Assembly: GCA_052327205.1 (NCBI GenBank)
Contig: CM126211.1
Location: forward strand, 142,414,001-142,478,000
Length of the DNA stretch: 64,000 bases
Reading direction: 5' to 3'
From: Somniosus microcephalus
Lineage: Eukaryota
Position 1 is the stretch's first letter. Each line of letters opens with the position of its first letter. Positions 48,201 through 60,574 of this stretch are shown in pieces. The translations under genes were made by a program, and so were the position numbers. The notes beneath the pieces are model-generated. The model saw only the letters and a list, made by a program, of their open reading frames with translations. It had not been told where the DNA came from and searched no databases.

Positions 48201-48248
48201 ATCTTCGACTTCATTGTCGAACGTAGAGATACTGCCACTCTTATGCAT
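45171..48248 (-). CDS. gag-protease-RT-RNase H-partial integrase polyprotein of element C (open for about 1000 aa, then +1 frameshift at about 45220)
   Basis: Continuous frame with CCHC x2, LDTGS, YLDD, CDAS and HHCC; an extra C relative to element A shifts out the integrase core. Confidence 0.9.
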   Translation of the reverse strand: MHKSGSISTFDNEVEDWATYVERIEVYCRANEVPDANKALVLLNSMGSKTYGLLQNLIAPEKTVNKDFGSIVEILQDHLSPTPLLIAERFKFHKRNQHKDESNAEYLTELRKLSKYCQFGAGLADTLRDKFVCGLQSEGTQKRLLSEKDLTLDKAFNMAVSHEAAARGAAEIQWRPQEYGTNEMTYGTGKCYRCGRTTHDQKDCWFKDQVCRQCGKAGHIARVCRSGKKTNSKKSPQEKYKKVHQVMDSGSDEQKSDTDSGSKELGCLKLHNVTEMEDHQTIWVTLKIDGVQVEMELDTGSALTVINQRDYKRLFSHIPLKATEIVLKTYTGQKVYSKGKIRVKVTYKGQEIPKMDIYILPNGGPPLLGREWIRKIHLDWHSIQAVKVEAKKDDDVTPGRLSKMLTDAKEVFQEGLGTLKGITATIKIEDNTSPKFLKARPVPYAIRPAVEAELEGLERSGVLSKVDWSEWATPIVPVMKRSLSNMPGEPKKIRICGDFKVTVNPVLHTVQYPLPRIEDIFASLSGGKCFTKIDLAQAYLQMEVEEASKHYLTINTHKGLYQYNRLVFGVASAPAIWQRAMDQVLQGIPGTQCYLDDILVTGENDGDHLANLEKVLARLKEYRLRANRHKCEFFQKEILYRGHVIDEEGLHKYPDKIEAVVKAPAPENVSQLRSFLGLVNYYHKLLPNLSTVLHPLNNLLQTGVPWKWDDERRRAFQKCKDLITSKEVLAHFNPALPIRLVCDASPYGIGAVLSHKFPDGLERPVAFASRSLTSAERNYAQIDREALSLVWGVKKFNHYLHGQKFTLLTDHQPLVSIFNHKKGVPVMTAQRLQRWSLFLGANQYEIEYKGTKQHGNADGLSCLPLPTVEEAPAVDPIEIFYSAIIERLPVTNADIEKETSNDPTLSRVYELTVRGWPTHGDSLLPAFSSRREQLSVCQGTVMCGSSVVIPPKLRERVLNELHEGHLGGVKMKSLARAYVWWPGIDQQIEDLTKSCLGCQKVQNAPPHAPPTPMGVALLSMATGAH

Positions 48249-51200
48249 CCTTGGTTGTGCGTTAACTATCCCCAATGGCACCTCCCGTGCTTCCCCTTCT
48301 TCTCCACTGGCACAAAATGGCGTCTCCCGCGCTTTCCTTCCTTCCCGCGCTCGCCCATCTTCTCCACTGTGGCTTCACAAAATGGCGTCTCCCGTGCTCT
48401 TCCTTCTTCTCCGCGGCTCAATGGCGCCTCCCGCGCTCTCCCTGCTTCTCCTTGGCTCAATGGCGCCTCCCGCGCTCTCCCTGCTTCTCCGCGGCTCAAT
48501 GGCGTCTCCCCTTGCTTCACCCCGCGGACCCTGATCAGCCCGTGATCCCTGGCTGTGCTCTGCGCCTTCTTCTCTTGATATTTGTCGACGCCGCTCAGTC
48601 TAGAACCCAGCTGTTTCTTACCCTCTCTCTCTCCGGTTTGCAGTATTTTTCCTTGACGCCGCTCGGTGATCAATCCCCGGCTGTGCCCTGCCCTCTTCAC
48701 CCTCTTTCTTACCCCGTCGACGCTGCCCGGCTCTCTCTCTCTGCCGTTGGTCGGCTCCAGCCGCCGCTGCTCGGGAAGGGTCTGCTCTGGACCTGTCGTC
48801 GGTCTCTTACTGCTCGTTGTGGCTGGGGAACCAAGCCCGGCTCTCCACAGCCTCCCCAGCGAAGTTGGATCTCTGCCTGACTGCTGGGCGGTTGCTCGCG
48901 GTCGACGCCCGTGTTCCTGGACTCGACTATTTTTTTTTTTTTTGTTGTTGCAGGTAGATTCGCATCAACACTCGTCGCCACTGTTAGATCCGTGGTTCAG
49001 TGGATAAATAATTATACGGATGCTGTACATAAACAAACAACAGGTCTTTACTGGAGGAGGGTCATCTCTAGATTGGGATACAGAGGCATGCGCACAGCTT
49101 ATATACCAGTGTGGTTACTGCCGGTACTACAGTATACAGGAGCTGTAAAAAGTAGTTCTGACTTAAAGCACATACACTACACTGACTGTGGCTGACAAAA
49201 AGGATGACGACGTCACACCTGGGCGACTGTCAAAGACCCTAACTGACGCGATAGAAGTGTTCCAGCAAGGACTCGGAACACTAAAAGGCATGACAGCGAT
49301 GATTAAAATTGAAGAAAACGCAAGGCCAAAATTTTTTAAGGCCAGACCGGTACCTTATGCGATCCGCCCAGCCGTCGAAGCAGAGCTGGAGAGTCTGGAA
49401 CGTTCAGGTGTACTGTCCAAGGTAGACTGGAGCGAGTGGGCTACACCCATTGTCCCTGTGATGAAAAAGTCGTTGAGCAGCACGCCTGGGGAACCAAGGA
49501 AGGTTCGCATCTGTGGGGACTTTAAGGTAACAGTGAACCCGGTCCTTCACACCGTACAATATCCACTTCCGCGGATTGAAGATATTTTCGCCTCACTATC
49601 TGGAGGGAAAAAGCTTCACTAAGATTGATCTGGCCCAGGCGTATCTGCAAATGGAGGTAGAAGAAGCATCAAAAAAATACCTCACAATCAACACCCATAA
49701 AGGTCTCTACCTTTGCAACTGGCTGGTATTCGGGGTAGCATCAGCTCCGGCTATTTGGCAGAGGGCAATGGAACAAGTCCTGCAAGGGATCCCAGGGACC
49801 CAGTGTTATTTGGACGACATCCTGGTCACGGGTGAAAATGACAGTGATCACCTTGCCAACCTGGAGCAGGTGATCACTAGATTGCAGGAATATGGGCTCC
49901 GAGCTAACCGCCTCAAATGCGTGTTTTTTAGAAAACAGATCTCGTATTGTGGCCACGTTATCGATAAAGAGGGGTTACATAAGTCCCCAGAGAAGATTGA
50001 GGCAGTAGTCAAGGCTCCAGCACCGGAAAATGTGTCACAGCTGAGGTCTTTCCTCGGGCTGGTGAACTACTGCGGAGGAAGCACCAGCAGTGGATCCTGT
50101 CGAAATATTCCATTCGACTATAGTTGAATACCTACCGGTAACTAACGCTTGTATCGAAAAGGAAACCCCAAATGACCCGACACTGTCTCGGGTATATGAT
50201 TTGACGGTGAAGGGATGGCCAGCACATGGCGACTCACTGTTGCCAGCATTCTCGACAAGGAGAGAACAGCTGTCAGTGTGCTGGGGGACCTTGATGTGTG
50301 GATCCCGAGTGGTAATTTCACCCAAGTTAAGGGATAGAATGCTCAATGAGCTTCATGAGGTAAAAATGAAAAGCCTAGCCAGGGCTTATGTGTGGTGGCC
50401 GGGAATCAATAAACAAATCGAGGACCTGACCAAGAGCTGCTCAGGATGCCAGAAAGTCCAAAATGCACCACCACAGGCCCCTCCACACCCTTGGGAGTGG
50501 CCCTCATCTCCATGGCAACGGGTGCATATTGATTTTGCTGGTCCATTCATGGACTCAATGTTTTTAATAGCCGTGGATGCGCACTCGAAATGGCCTGAGG
50601 TCATCAAAATGCCCTCCACCACCACGGAAAAAACTATTGCAGTCCTATGGACCATTTTTGCCAGGAATGGCTTGCCAGAACAGATTTGCTCCGACAACGG
50701 ACCACAGTTTGTGTCCGAAGAGTTCCGGAGGTTCTTGAAAAAGAATGGGGTAAGGCACTACACATCCGCCCCGTATCATCCAGCCACAAATGGATTGGCT
50801 GAGAGGTTCGTACAAACCTTTAAGAAGGCAATAAAGGCTATGTACAATGACAACATTCCGCTGCAGCACAAGGTGGACAATTTCCTGTTCGCCTACCGGA
50901 ATGCGACACATGCAGTCACCAACCAGGCCCCAGCCATGATGTTCTTTAACCGAAGGTTAAGATCTCGCCTGGATTTGCTCAGACCAAACGTACGAAGAGA
51001 TGTTGAGAGTAAGCAATTCCAGCACATCCATGAGAAGCCAACAAGGAGCTTCAATGTAGGGCAACCAATCTTGGCCCGCGACTACCGAACAGAAAAATGG
51101 CAGCCAGGAACGATATGCACATGGCAGGGCCCACTAATGTACACAGTGGACGTTGGGGAGAGCATCGTGAGACGCCATGCTGACCAGATCCTAGAGTCAC

Positions 51201-52527
51201 AGGAACAAGTCAACCCCATGCCTCGCCCATACGTACCTGATGATGAACCCGATGTACAGGTCGCATCTACCCCAGAAACAGTAGCATCGGAAGCTGATGA
51301 ACCAACCGACGACAGGGGACCAGAATCGCCTCCACACCAAGAGCAAGACACTCGGGGAAAGGCGCTATCCAGAAAGGATCAGGAAGCCTCCCCAAAGACT
51401 GAATATATAAATAGACTATTTTCAGCTAATGTTGCATGTTAAAAGTATTAATTGTAATTAGTTTGATATTTAATTGTTAAATGAGTGTTATGGTACTGTT
51501 AATCTAAAAGGGGAGGAATTGTAATGTATATACCTTTAAGGAGGGAACTATTTTTTACAGTTCATGTATACTGCAGTACCGGTAGTGACCACACCTGTAT
51601 ATAACACTGGGTAGTAATCTGTACAGATCAGTTGCAGTGTGAGCCACGTTGAGTAAACACCTGTTGTACCGTTCTCCGCAGACTGTGTCTTATTATACAC
51701 GGACGTAACAGGGGAAAAAAACAACATGGACATTCAATGGCATCTTTCATTTGCCACTAATTTTGCCCAGCTGGTTCCCTTTCCATTTGGAAGTAATGTC
51801 TATTAGATTTAGCATTGACTGGTTCCCCTGATTATGTAAATAAATTAATCAGCAAAGCACCATTTGGCATGTCTGACCATTACTGAGTTTATTTCCAAAC
51901 AGGCTTTCATTGGTATCTTATCAGAGGTGCCAAGTGCTAATTTTGGCTGTATGACTATATCAATGGAACAATCTCCAGCAGGAAATTATTACATTGAACT
52001 GGCATCTAAAGGATAATTTTACAAGTTTGCATTGCCAGTGAGGAACCTTACCCATTGGCAATGTATCTCAGAGATTCTGGCACCCGCTGCTCATAATTTT
52101 TTGAGCATTAAAATAGTGGTTAGAAATTCCTGGGCAGCATGAGTTCAACTTTCCAATATGTGCTGCCAAATTGTACTCTCCTTGGATGGACTGAAACAAG
52201 GTGGAATGTAGTTAACCCTCTTCAAACTGTTGCAACATCTCAATCGATTGAGATATTGAGAGCTTTAAGCATAGAGCTTGGTGAGAGTTGGGTGAATCTG
52301 ATAAACTGAGTGGCTTCCTAAATAGAGTGGGAATTAAGTGCAGAGACGGAAGGAGGCGCTAAGTAATTTAAGCCAAGGGGCAACAATAAGTAAATATATA
52401 AATAATCAGAGTTATTAATTAAATCTAAGGGGATATAATTAAAATTAACTAAGTAGAGGATACCAACATTAAAGGGATCCGAATTGCATTAAATAAAAAC
52501 CTGGTATCCATAAATAATAAAGAGGAG

Positions 52528-52601
52528 TAAAGGTCATCGACCTGAAACGTTAACTGTTTCTCTCTCCACAGGTGCTGCCTGACCTGCTGAATGTTTCCAG
52601 C
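52528..52601 (+). mobile_element. Penelope-like terminal fragment
   Basis: aaggtcatcgacctgaaacgttaactgtttctctctccacaggtgctgcctgacctgctg, homologous to the right arm of 19489-19775. Confidence 0.55.
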
Positions 52602-53691
52602 TTATGATAAATGTTTGGTTCATAACTCAGGAGAGAACCAAGCTGAATACAAAAAGTACAGGGGAGAACTGAAAAAGGAAATAAGAGGGGCAAAGAGTGT
52701 ATGAGAATAGATTAGCAGCTAACATAAAAGGGAAGCCAAAGTCTTTCCTAAACATATAAATAGTAAAACAGTAGTCAAAGAAAAGGCAGGGCTGATTAGG
52801 GACCAAAAAGGAGAGGAGGCAGCATGGCTAAGGTAGTAAATCAATACTTTGCATCTTCACTGAAGAAGAAGATGCTGCTAATATCACAGTAAAAGAGGAG
52901 ATAACAGAGAAATTAGATAGGATGAAAAAAGATAAAGAGGAGGTACTAAAAAGGTTGGCAGCACTCACAATAGAAAAGTCACCTGATGCGGATGGGATGC
53001 ATCCTAGGTTGCTGAGGGAAGGAAGGGTGGAAATTGCAGAGGCTCTGGCCACAAGCTTTCAATCCTCCTTAAATATGAAAGTGGTGCCAGAGGATTGGAG
53101 GATTGCAAATGTTACACCCCTGTTCAAAAAAGGGGAGAGGGATAAACCTGGCAACTACAGGCCAGTTAGTGGGGAACTTTTAGAGACATTAATCCAGGAC
53201 AAAATTAATTGGCACTTGGAAAAACGTGGGTTAATAAATGAAAGCCAGTACGGATTTGTTAAAGGCAAATTGTGTTTGACTAACTTCATTGAGTTTTTTG
53301 AAGTAACGGAGAAGGCTGGTGAGGGTAGTGTGGTAATGTTGTGTATATGGACTTTCAAAAGACCTTTGATAATGTGCGACATAATAGTCTTTTTAGCAAA
53401 ATTGATGTCCATATGATTAAAGGGACAGTGGCCGCATGACTACGAAATTGACGAAGGAGCAGAAAGCAGAGACGAGTAGTGAATGGTTGTTTTTCAGACT
53501 GAAGGAAAGTGTGAAATGGTGTCCCCCAGAGGTCACTACTTTTGATATATTATTAATGAACTGGACTTGGGTATACAGGGCATAATTTCAAAGTTTGCAT
53601 ATGATACAAAACTTGGAAATGTAGTAAACAGTGAGAAGGATAGTAACAGATTTCAGGAGGACATAGACAGACAGGTGAAATGAGCAGACAC

Positions 53692-56372
53692 ATAGAAATA
53701 TAGAAACATAGATGATAGGAACAGGAGTAGGCCATTTGGCCCCTTGAGCTTGCTCGGCCATTCAATACGAACATGGGTGATCATCCAAATTCAGTACCCT
53801 GTCCCTGCTTTCTCCCCATATCCCTTGATCCCCTTAGCCTTAAGAAATATATCTAACACCTTCTTGAATATATTTAATGTATAGGCCTCAACTGTCGTCT
53901 GTGGTAGAGAATTCCACAATTTCACCACTCCCTTGGTGTAGAAATTCCTCCTCATCTCTGTCGTAAATGACTTACCCCTTATCCTTAGACTGTGACCCCT
54001 GGTTCAGGACTCCCCCGCCATCAGGAACAGCCTTCCTGCATCTAGTCTGTCTAGTCCTGTTAGAATTTTATAAGTTTCAATGAGATCCCCTCTCATTCTT
54101 CTAAACTCTAGCGAATATAAGCATAATCGACCCAATCTCTCTTCATACGTCATTCTTGCCATCCCAGGTATCAGTCTGGTGAATCTTCGCTGCACTCCCT
54201 CCATGGCAAGAACATCCTTCCTCAGATAAGGCGACCAAAACTGCACACAATACTCAAGGTGTGGTCTCACCAAGGCCCTGTACAACTGCAGCAAGACATC
54301 CTTGCTCCTGTACTCAAATCCTCTCGCTATGAAGGCCAGCATACCATTTGCCTTCTTAACTGCCTGCTGCACCTGCATGCTTACCTTCAGTGACTGGTGC
54401 ACAAGGACACCCAGGTCTCGTTACACTTCCACTTTTCCCAATCTATTGCCATTCAGATAATAATCTGTCTTCCTGTTTTTGCCACCAAAGTGGATAACCT
54501 CGCATTTATCCACATTATACTGCATCTGCCATGCATCTGCCCAATCGCCCAACCTGTCCAAATAGCACTGGAGTTTCTCTGCATCCTCCTCACAGCACAC
54601 ACGCCCACCCAGCTTTGTGTCATCTGCAAACTTGGAGATATTAAATCTAGTTCCCTCGTCTAGATCATTAATATATATTATGAATAACTGGGGTCCTAGC
54701 ACCAATCCCTGTGGTACCCCACTAGTCACTGCCTTCCACTCGGAAAAAGACCCGTTTATTCCAACTCTTTGCTTCCTGTCTGCCAACCAGTTCTCTATCC
54801 AAGTCAGTACCTTACCCCCGATCCAATGTGATTTAACTTTGCACGCTAGTCTCTTATGCAGGACCTTATCGAAAGCCTTCTGAAAGTCCAAATACACCAC
54901 ATCCACTGGTTCTCCCTTATCTATTCTACCAGTTACATCCTCAAAAAATTCCAGTAGATTAGTCAAGCATGATTTACCTTTTGTAAATCCATGTTGACTT
55001 TATCTGATCCTGTCACTGTTTTCCAAGTGCTCTGCTATTACATCTTTTATAATGGACACTAGCATTTTCCCCACTACTGATGTCAGGCTTACCGGTCTAT
55101 AATTCCCTGTTTTTTCTCTACCACCTTTTTTGAATAGTGGGGTTACATTAGCTACCCTCCAATCCATGAGAACTGTTCCAGAGTCTATAGAATTTTGGAA
55201 GATGACCAGCAATGCATCTACTATTTCTAGGGCCACTTCCTTAAGTACCCTAGGATGTAGATTATCAGGCCCTGGGGATTTATCGGCCTTCAATCTGGTC
55301 AAGTTCCCTAACACCATTTCCCTACAAATACTGATTTCATTCAGTTCCTCCCTCTCATTAGACCCTATGTTCCCCGACATCTCTGGGAGTTAATTTGTGT
55401 CCTCCTTTTTGAAGACAGAACCAAAGTATGTATTTAATTGGCCTTCCATGTCTTTGTTACCCATTATAAATTCCCCTGATTCTGACTGCAGGGGACCTAT
55501 GCTTGACTTTACCAATCTTTTTCTCTTTACATATCTATCGAAGCTTTTACAGTCAGTTTTTATATTCCCTGCAAGCTTACTCTCATACTCTATTTTCCCC
55601 CTCTTAATTAATCCCTTTGTCCTCCTTTGCTGAATCCTAAACAGCTCCCAATCCTCAGGTTTGCTGCTTTTTCTGGCCAATTTATATGGCCTCTCCTTGG
55701 ATCTTATGCTATCCCTAATTTCCCTTGTTAGCCACGGTTGAGTCACCTTTTTTGTTTTATTTTTATGCCAAACAGGGATGAACAAATTCTATAGTTCATC
55801 CATGCGATCTTTAAATGTTTGCCATTGCCTATTCACCATCAACCCTTTAAGTAACATTCCCCAATCCATCCTACCCAACTTGCACCTCATACCATCATAG
55901 TTTCCTTTATTTTAATTCAGTACCCAAGTCTCTGAATCAACTACTTCACTCTCCATCTTAATGAGGAATTCTATCATATTATGATTGCTCCTCCCCATGG
56001 GGCCTCACACAACAAGATTGCTAATTAATCCTTTCTCATCATATAATACCCAGCCTAAGATGGCCTGATCTCTAGTTGGTTCCTCGGCATATTGGTCCAG
56101 GAAACCATCCCATATACACTCTAGGAATTCCTCTTCCACAGTATTGTTACTAATTTGGTTAGACCAATCTATATGTAGATTAAAGTCACCCATGATAACT
56201 GCTGTGCCCTTATTGCATGCATCTCTAATTTCCCATTTAATGCCATCCCCAACCTCAGCATTACTGTTTGGGGGTCTGTATACAACTCCCACTAACGTTT
56301 TCTGTCCCTTGGTATTTCTCAGCTCTACCCATACAGATTCCACGTCATCAGAGCTAATATCCTTCCTTACTA
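53692..56372 (-). mobile_element. CR1 LINE (5'-truncated, decayed ORF2) nested in another CR1
   Basis: VYRPP, GDFNL, NYRPVSLTS, GVPQG, FADDTK, LEYCVQFWSP on the minus strand; tandem tail catagaaa at about 53692-53711. Confidence 0.88.
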
Positions 56373-56578
56373 ATAAATTTAACAAAGAGAAGTGTGGCGA
56401 TTCATTTTGGTAGAAAAAATTAGGATAGGCAATATAATCTAAATGGTGCAATTTTAAGTGGTTACTGGAACAGGGAGACATTGAGGTGTATGTACAAAAG
56501 TCTTTTGAAAGTGCCAGGACAATTTCAGATGATTGTCAAAAAGGCATCTGGATCCTTGGTTTTATAAATAGAGGCATT

Positions 56579-57383
56579 GGGCTGGATTTTAATTGAGGAG
56601 GCGGGACTATAACTTTCAGGGTTGTAGCCCCACCTCCATCGAGTTATGGCCAACCCACGTGATTTTCACTTGATTGACCTTGTTGAGCCTGCCCAGCGGG
56701 CTCAGCAGGCCAATTAAGGCCACCCGGCAACAAGTGATGTCACATATTGACATTTCATCTGTCAAAAGCTTTTGACAGATGAAATATCAGTGTTTCACAG
56801 CTGTTTGACAATCTGTACTCCAAGTTAATTCCTTCCTCTCAGGCTGATTTAGAGATCTCTCCAGAACAGAAAGCTGAATGCTGCAACTTTTGACAGCTCG
56901 CGGCCATTCTGCTTTCTGTGCCGGTGAGATGAGGGACTCCCGAGACCTGAAGGAAGGAAGGCTGTAAAGGTAAGTAAATGTAAGTAAAACTTCTTTAAAC
57001 ACTTTACACACACCAAAGACACTTACCTCTGAACTCATGCACCCATCACTCACCTGAACACCGGACATCGCGAACCCTCCAAGCCCTTCAGCCCGACGGT
57101 CCACCTCGCTAACTTGGCATGGTTTGGAGCCATCGGGAATCACACACTTCAGCAATAAAAATAGGGATTAGGCTAAAAACTACCTGTTAATTACCTGTTA
57201 ACAGGCAGTTAATTGGCACTAATCCCCTTCCCGCCTCAGGGAGGCAGGTCCCAGCACAGGTCGGGTATCCATCTCCTTTGAAACTGGCATGGAGGCAGGA
57301 TGGGTTCGTGCCCCCCGATTTCGAAATTTTAACCCCCCACATGCCTCCAATCCTGCCTCCACGGCCCAATGAAAATCCTGCCC
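56579..57383. mobile_element. Harbinger-type MITE
   Basis: TIRs GGGCTGGATTTT / AAAATCCTGCCC, TSD ATT; host CR1 rejoins across it. Confidence 0.8.
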
Positions 57384-57453
57384 ATTGAGTACAAAAGCCA
57401 GGAAATTATGCTAAACCTTTAGCAAAAATTGGTTGGGCCCCAGCTGGAATATT

Positions 57454-57715
57454 GGCCCCAATTATAAGTCCAGGTGGATTTCCCGCTCAAGCCTGAGTAA
57501 AAATTACAGTCTCAATGATGTCATTGGGCTGCAACATGCATAAGTAAAGAAGGACCCTGTTGACTCCGGGTGCGAATCATTGCTGCCTGCTCAGGGGAGA
57601 AGGTTACAATTGCAGATGTTGTGATTATGGCAGCTTTCAGACAGGTAAGAGCCAGGGCGATTTTAACTGCCTACTCGCCATGTTTCTGCTGAGCAAGTAG
57701 GGTTAAAATTGCCCC
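57454..57715. mobile_element. Short Harbinger-type MITE
   Basis: TSD ATT; termini ggccccaatt...aattgcccc; host CR1 LEYCVQFW coding sequence rejoins across it. Confidence 0.6.
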
Positions 57716-58213
57716 ATTTTGTCCAATTCTGGGCACCACACTTTAGGAAGGATGTCAAGGCCTTAGAGAGGGTTCAGAAGAGATTTGCATAATGGTACCA
57801 GGGATGAAAGACTTCAGTTACGTCGAGAGACTAGAAAAACTGAGTTTGTTCTCCTTAGAGCAGAGAAGTTAAGGAGTGATTTGAGCGAGGTGTTCAAAAT
57901 CATGAAGGGTTTTGATAGAGTGAATAAGGAGAATCTGTTTCCACTGGCAGAAGGGTCAGTAACCAGAGGACACAGATTTAAGGTAATTGGCAAAAGAACC
58001 AGAGGCAAGATGAGGAGGAATTTTCTGATGCAGCAAGTTGTTTTGATCTGGAATGCATATCCTGAAGGGGCGATGGAGATTTGTTGCATGCGCTAACTTA
58101 CCATATAACGCCCACCCGGTGGTGTTAGCGGAGGCATCCAACCTGAAGTTCCCATCCAGGAGTGGCATTGCAGCTTCTTACAGCTTCTGGGAGTGAGGCT
58201 GAGGCATTCACAA

Positions 58214-59188
58214 TGTAACCGTTTTTTGCGGTGGCCAATTTCCTATGGCCCCTGCCGCAATCGCTAGTTATTGTAAGTGGTTTTGCCCCACCCGTAGCGA
58301 GCACGCAAACCCCCTTACTACAAGTTCTGGATGATAGGGATTACTGAGGACAGATTTGAACACGGACAGCGTTTTCGGGCTCATCCGTACAGTGTTTATT
58401 AAGGTTAACAAAAACCACTCCACTCGCATACAGTACAAGCAGTGTGAACACAACAGTACAGTTTAAAAACAGTACAACCCTGACTTGTCCAACAAGCCCC
58501 TGCCGTGCTGCCTTACCACAGCCTAAAAACACCCTCCCATGAACTAAACTATCACAGGACCCTTCCAACGCTAAACCCCCTCTGGTTTGGTAGGAACATA
58601 CAGGCACCCCCTCACACAGCTAAGTGATCTTGTGGGTGTGTAGGCTTGGCAATGCTCACCTAGATTGCCCTTTTGATCTTGCTTGCAGCTTTCTCCCGTA
58701 CGTCTCAGCTACCTGGTTCCGTACTGGCCTTGCGGCATGCGAGTCCCAGCCTCAGTCGAAGTCCGTCTCGGTTGGAAGAGCAAGGCTCTGCTCCCCTTGA
58801 AGTTCCATTGTGTGGAGGGCAGGAGAGAGAGAGAGAGCGCTATCCAAACTGTTCTGTTTTTATACCCCTCCAATACACAAACTGCAGCCTGTGGTATTAA
58901 TGGACACATGGCCTGGAGGAATGGTTTTCGATCTCTTGAATGGTTTTTGATCTCTTTTCAATCTTCCTGCCGATTAACTTAACGAGTTCATCTTGACTAG
59001 AACAATGAGTCGCCAGCCTTGTTAATCCAGACTTGGGAGTGGGCCTCTTCGGCCATTGTACCCAAGGGCAGTTCGTTACCATACGAATGAGTCATCTCCA
59101 GCTTGAGTGGTTTTTCACTGCTCCCCCCCAACAGTTTTTAATAAGGTTTAAAATTTAAAAATCCATGAAGTCTGCGCCGACTGCTACA
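58214..59188 (-). mobile_element. Probable solo LTR (~975 bp)
   Basis: TGTA...TACA termini, minus-strand TATA (about 58860) and AATAAA (about 58395); CACAATG repeated at both junctions; TSD ambiguous. Confidence 0.45.
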
Positions 59189-60574
59189 CAATGAATTGTG
59201 GGCAATTAAAAAGGCTATGAATTAAAGGGGCAATGCGTTCAAAACTAATAAAAGTTAAAATCAAGTGAAAAAATTAATTTTTCCACCCTAACTGCCTTTC
59301 AATAAAAACACAAACATTAAAAATATGTCCCAAATGGCAGTCTTCAGCTCTTAAAGCTGAATTGTCTTCCACACCTAAAAAAAAATGGTAAAAGTTCTTC
59401 AGCACTAACACAAATGGCTCAGCAAGCCAGGGTAAGGGGCACCCAGGGTTTTGCATGCAGCACTCCAGCTTTGAGCAGGGAGAGGGAGGTCTGCAAGAGA
59501 GGTCTTCTATCCACATGGCACAAGAGGCCCTCCAGAAAGAATAATGTGGGATCACATCAACGAGGCTATCACTGGCAGCAGTTTAACCCCCATGACCTGG
59601 CTGTAGTGCCCAAGGAAGCTTCATGACCTCAGACGAGTGGTCAAGGTCAGTGAATGCATCTTCAAGAGCTGTCTCCTACCAACTGCACCACTAGCCTCAC
59701 ACAATGCTCATTGCATGACCCCACAGCCCATCACTCACCTACCAACAATCTGCACCAATCACAAGGCACATCTCCCATTCCTAACCTCACCTCACCCCCT
59801 TGGAGGAGACAGTGCAGGCCATTCTTGGCAGGGGCATGGCTGAGTCCTTGCCCAGCAGTGGGGGAGAAAGGATACAAGATGCTGGTATCCTCATATGTTA
59901 TCCTCCTCCAGTTATGAACCCCTTGCTTGCCTGCCCTCCCCTCACCACAACTCTATCCTTGTGCCTTCCTCATTTCACACACCCAAGAAATGCAGCCTGC
60001 CCAACCAGTGGTTGGCCAAGAAGAGAGAGAGGAGAGTGAAGAAGAAGAAGAAGAAGATTGATTAGACACTCCCAGCCACCAGTTCCTCAAGGTCAACCAG
60101 CAAGGCCATTTGCAGTGTCCCCCACTGAAAGTCAGCAGCCATCCACCATTCATGCTGCAGCCATTGGGGTAGCACTGTGTGACATCAGTAGGGTAGGCAA
60201 AGGCACGCCTAAGACAGCCTCTAAGGGAATGCATAAGGGCGATGCTTTGATTTTTTGATGTCATATTGGATAGATAGATGTATAAAGTTAGACTGGAAAG
60301 TTTGTTTTGTGGTGGCTTTTATTTCAGCATTGTGGCCAAAAGGACACTGATTGTCAGTAACAGAGGGAAGGTAAGGTTGAAAGGGGAATTGGGACCACAG
60401 GCAGAGGACTCCATCCCAGATATCCTAGCCAGAAAGGGGCTGTCTGGGTTGCATCTTTCCTTCTGCTTCCTCTTCTTCTGCTTCCCCCTCTTCGTTTTCC
60501 TCCTCTTCTGCTTCCTCCTCCTCGACTTCTTCCTCTTCTGTGTCTTCCTCTTCCCTCTGCAATCAGAAATTACA

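Larger units (their letters stand above)
40357..49181 (-). mobile_element. Gypsy LTR retrotransposon C (same family as A), nested antisense in B
   Basis: 200-bp LTRs (48982-49181 and 40357-40556), TSD CTGAC (40352-40356, 49182-49186), PBS and PPT on the minus strand. Confidence 0.96.
39197..51410 (+). pseudogene. gag-pol of element B (39197-40356 joined to 49187-51410), RNase H deleted
   Basis: MPKSGS...LDTGS...IQALT continues as VADKKDDD across element C; YLDD present; jumps from FLGLVNY to EEAPAVDP. Confidence 0.92.
38486..51710 (+). mobile_element. Gypsy (Mag-like) LTR retrotransposon B, host of nested insertions
   Basis: 191-bp LTRs (38486-38676, 51520-51710), TSD GGGGA, PBS TGGCGACGAGG at 38678, PPT at about 51506-51518. 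Confidence 0.96.
52605..58068 (+). mobile_element. Decayed CR1 LINE (+), split by a CR1 (-) and two MITEs
   Basis: KSPDADGMHPRLL, VPEDWRIANVTPLFKKG, NYRPVS, later SVTRGHRFKV; pieces at 52605-53691, 56373-56578, 57384-57453 and 57716-58068. Confidence 0.8.
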
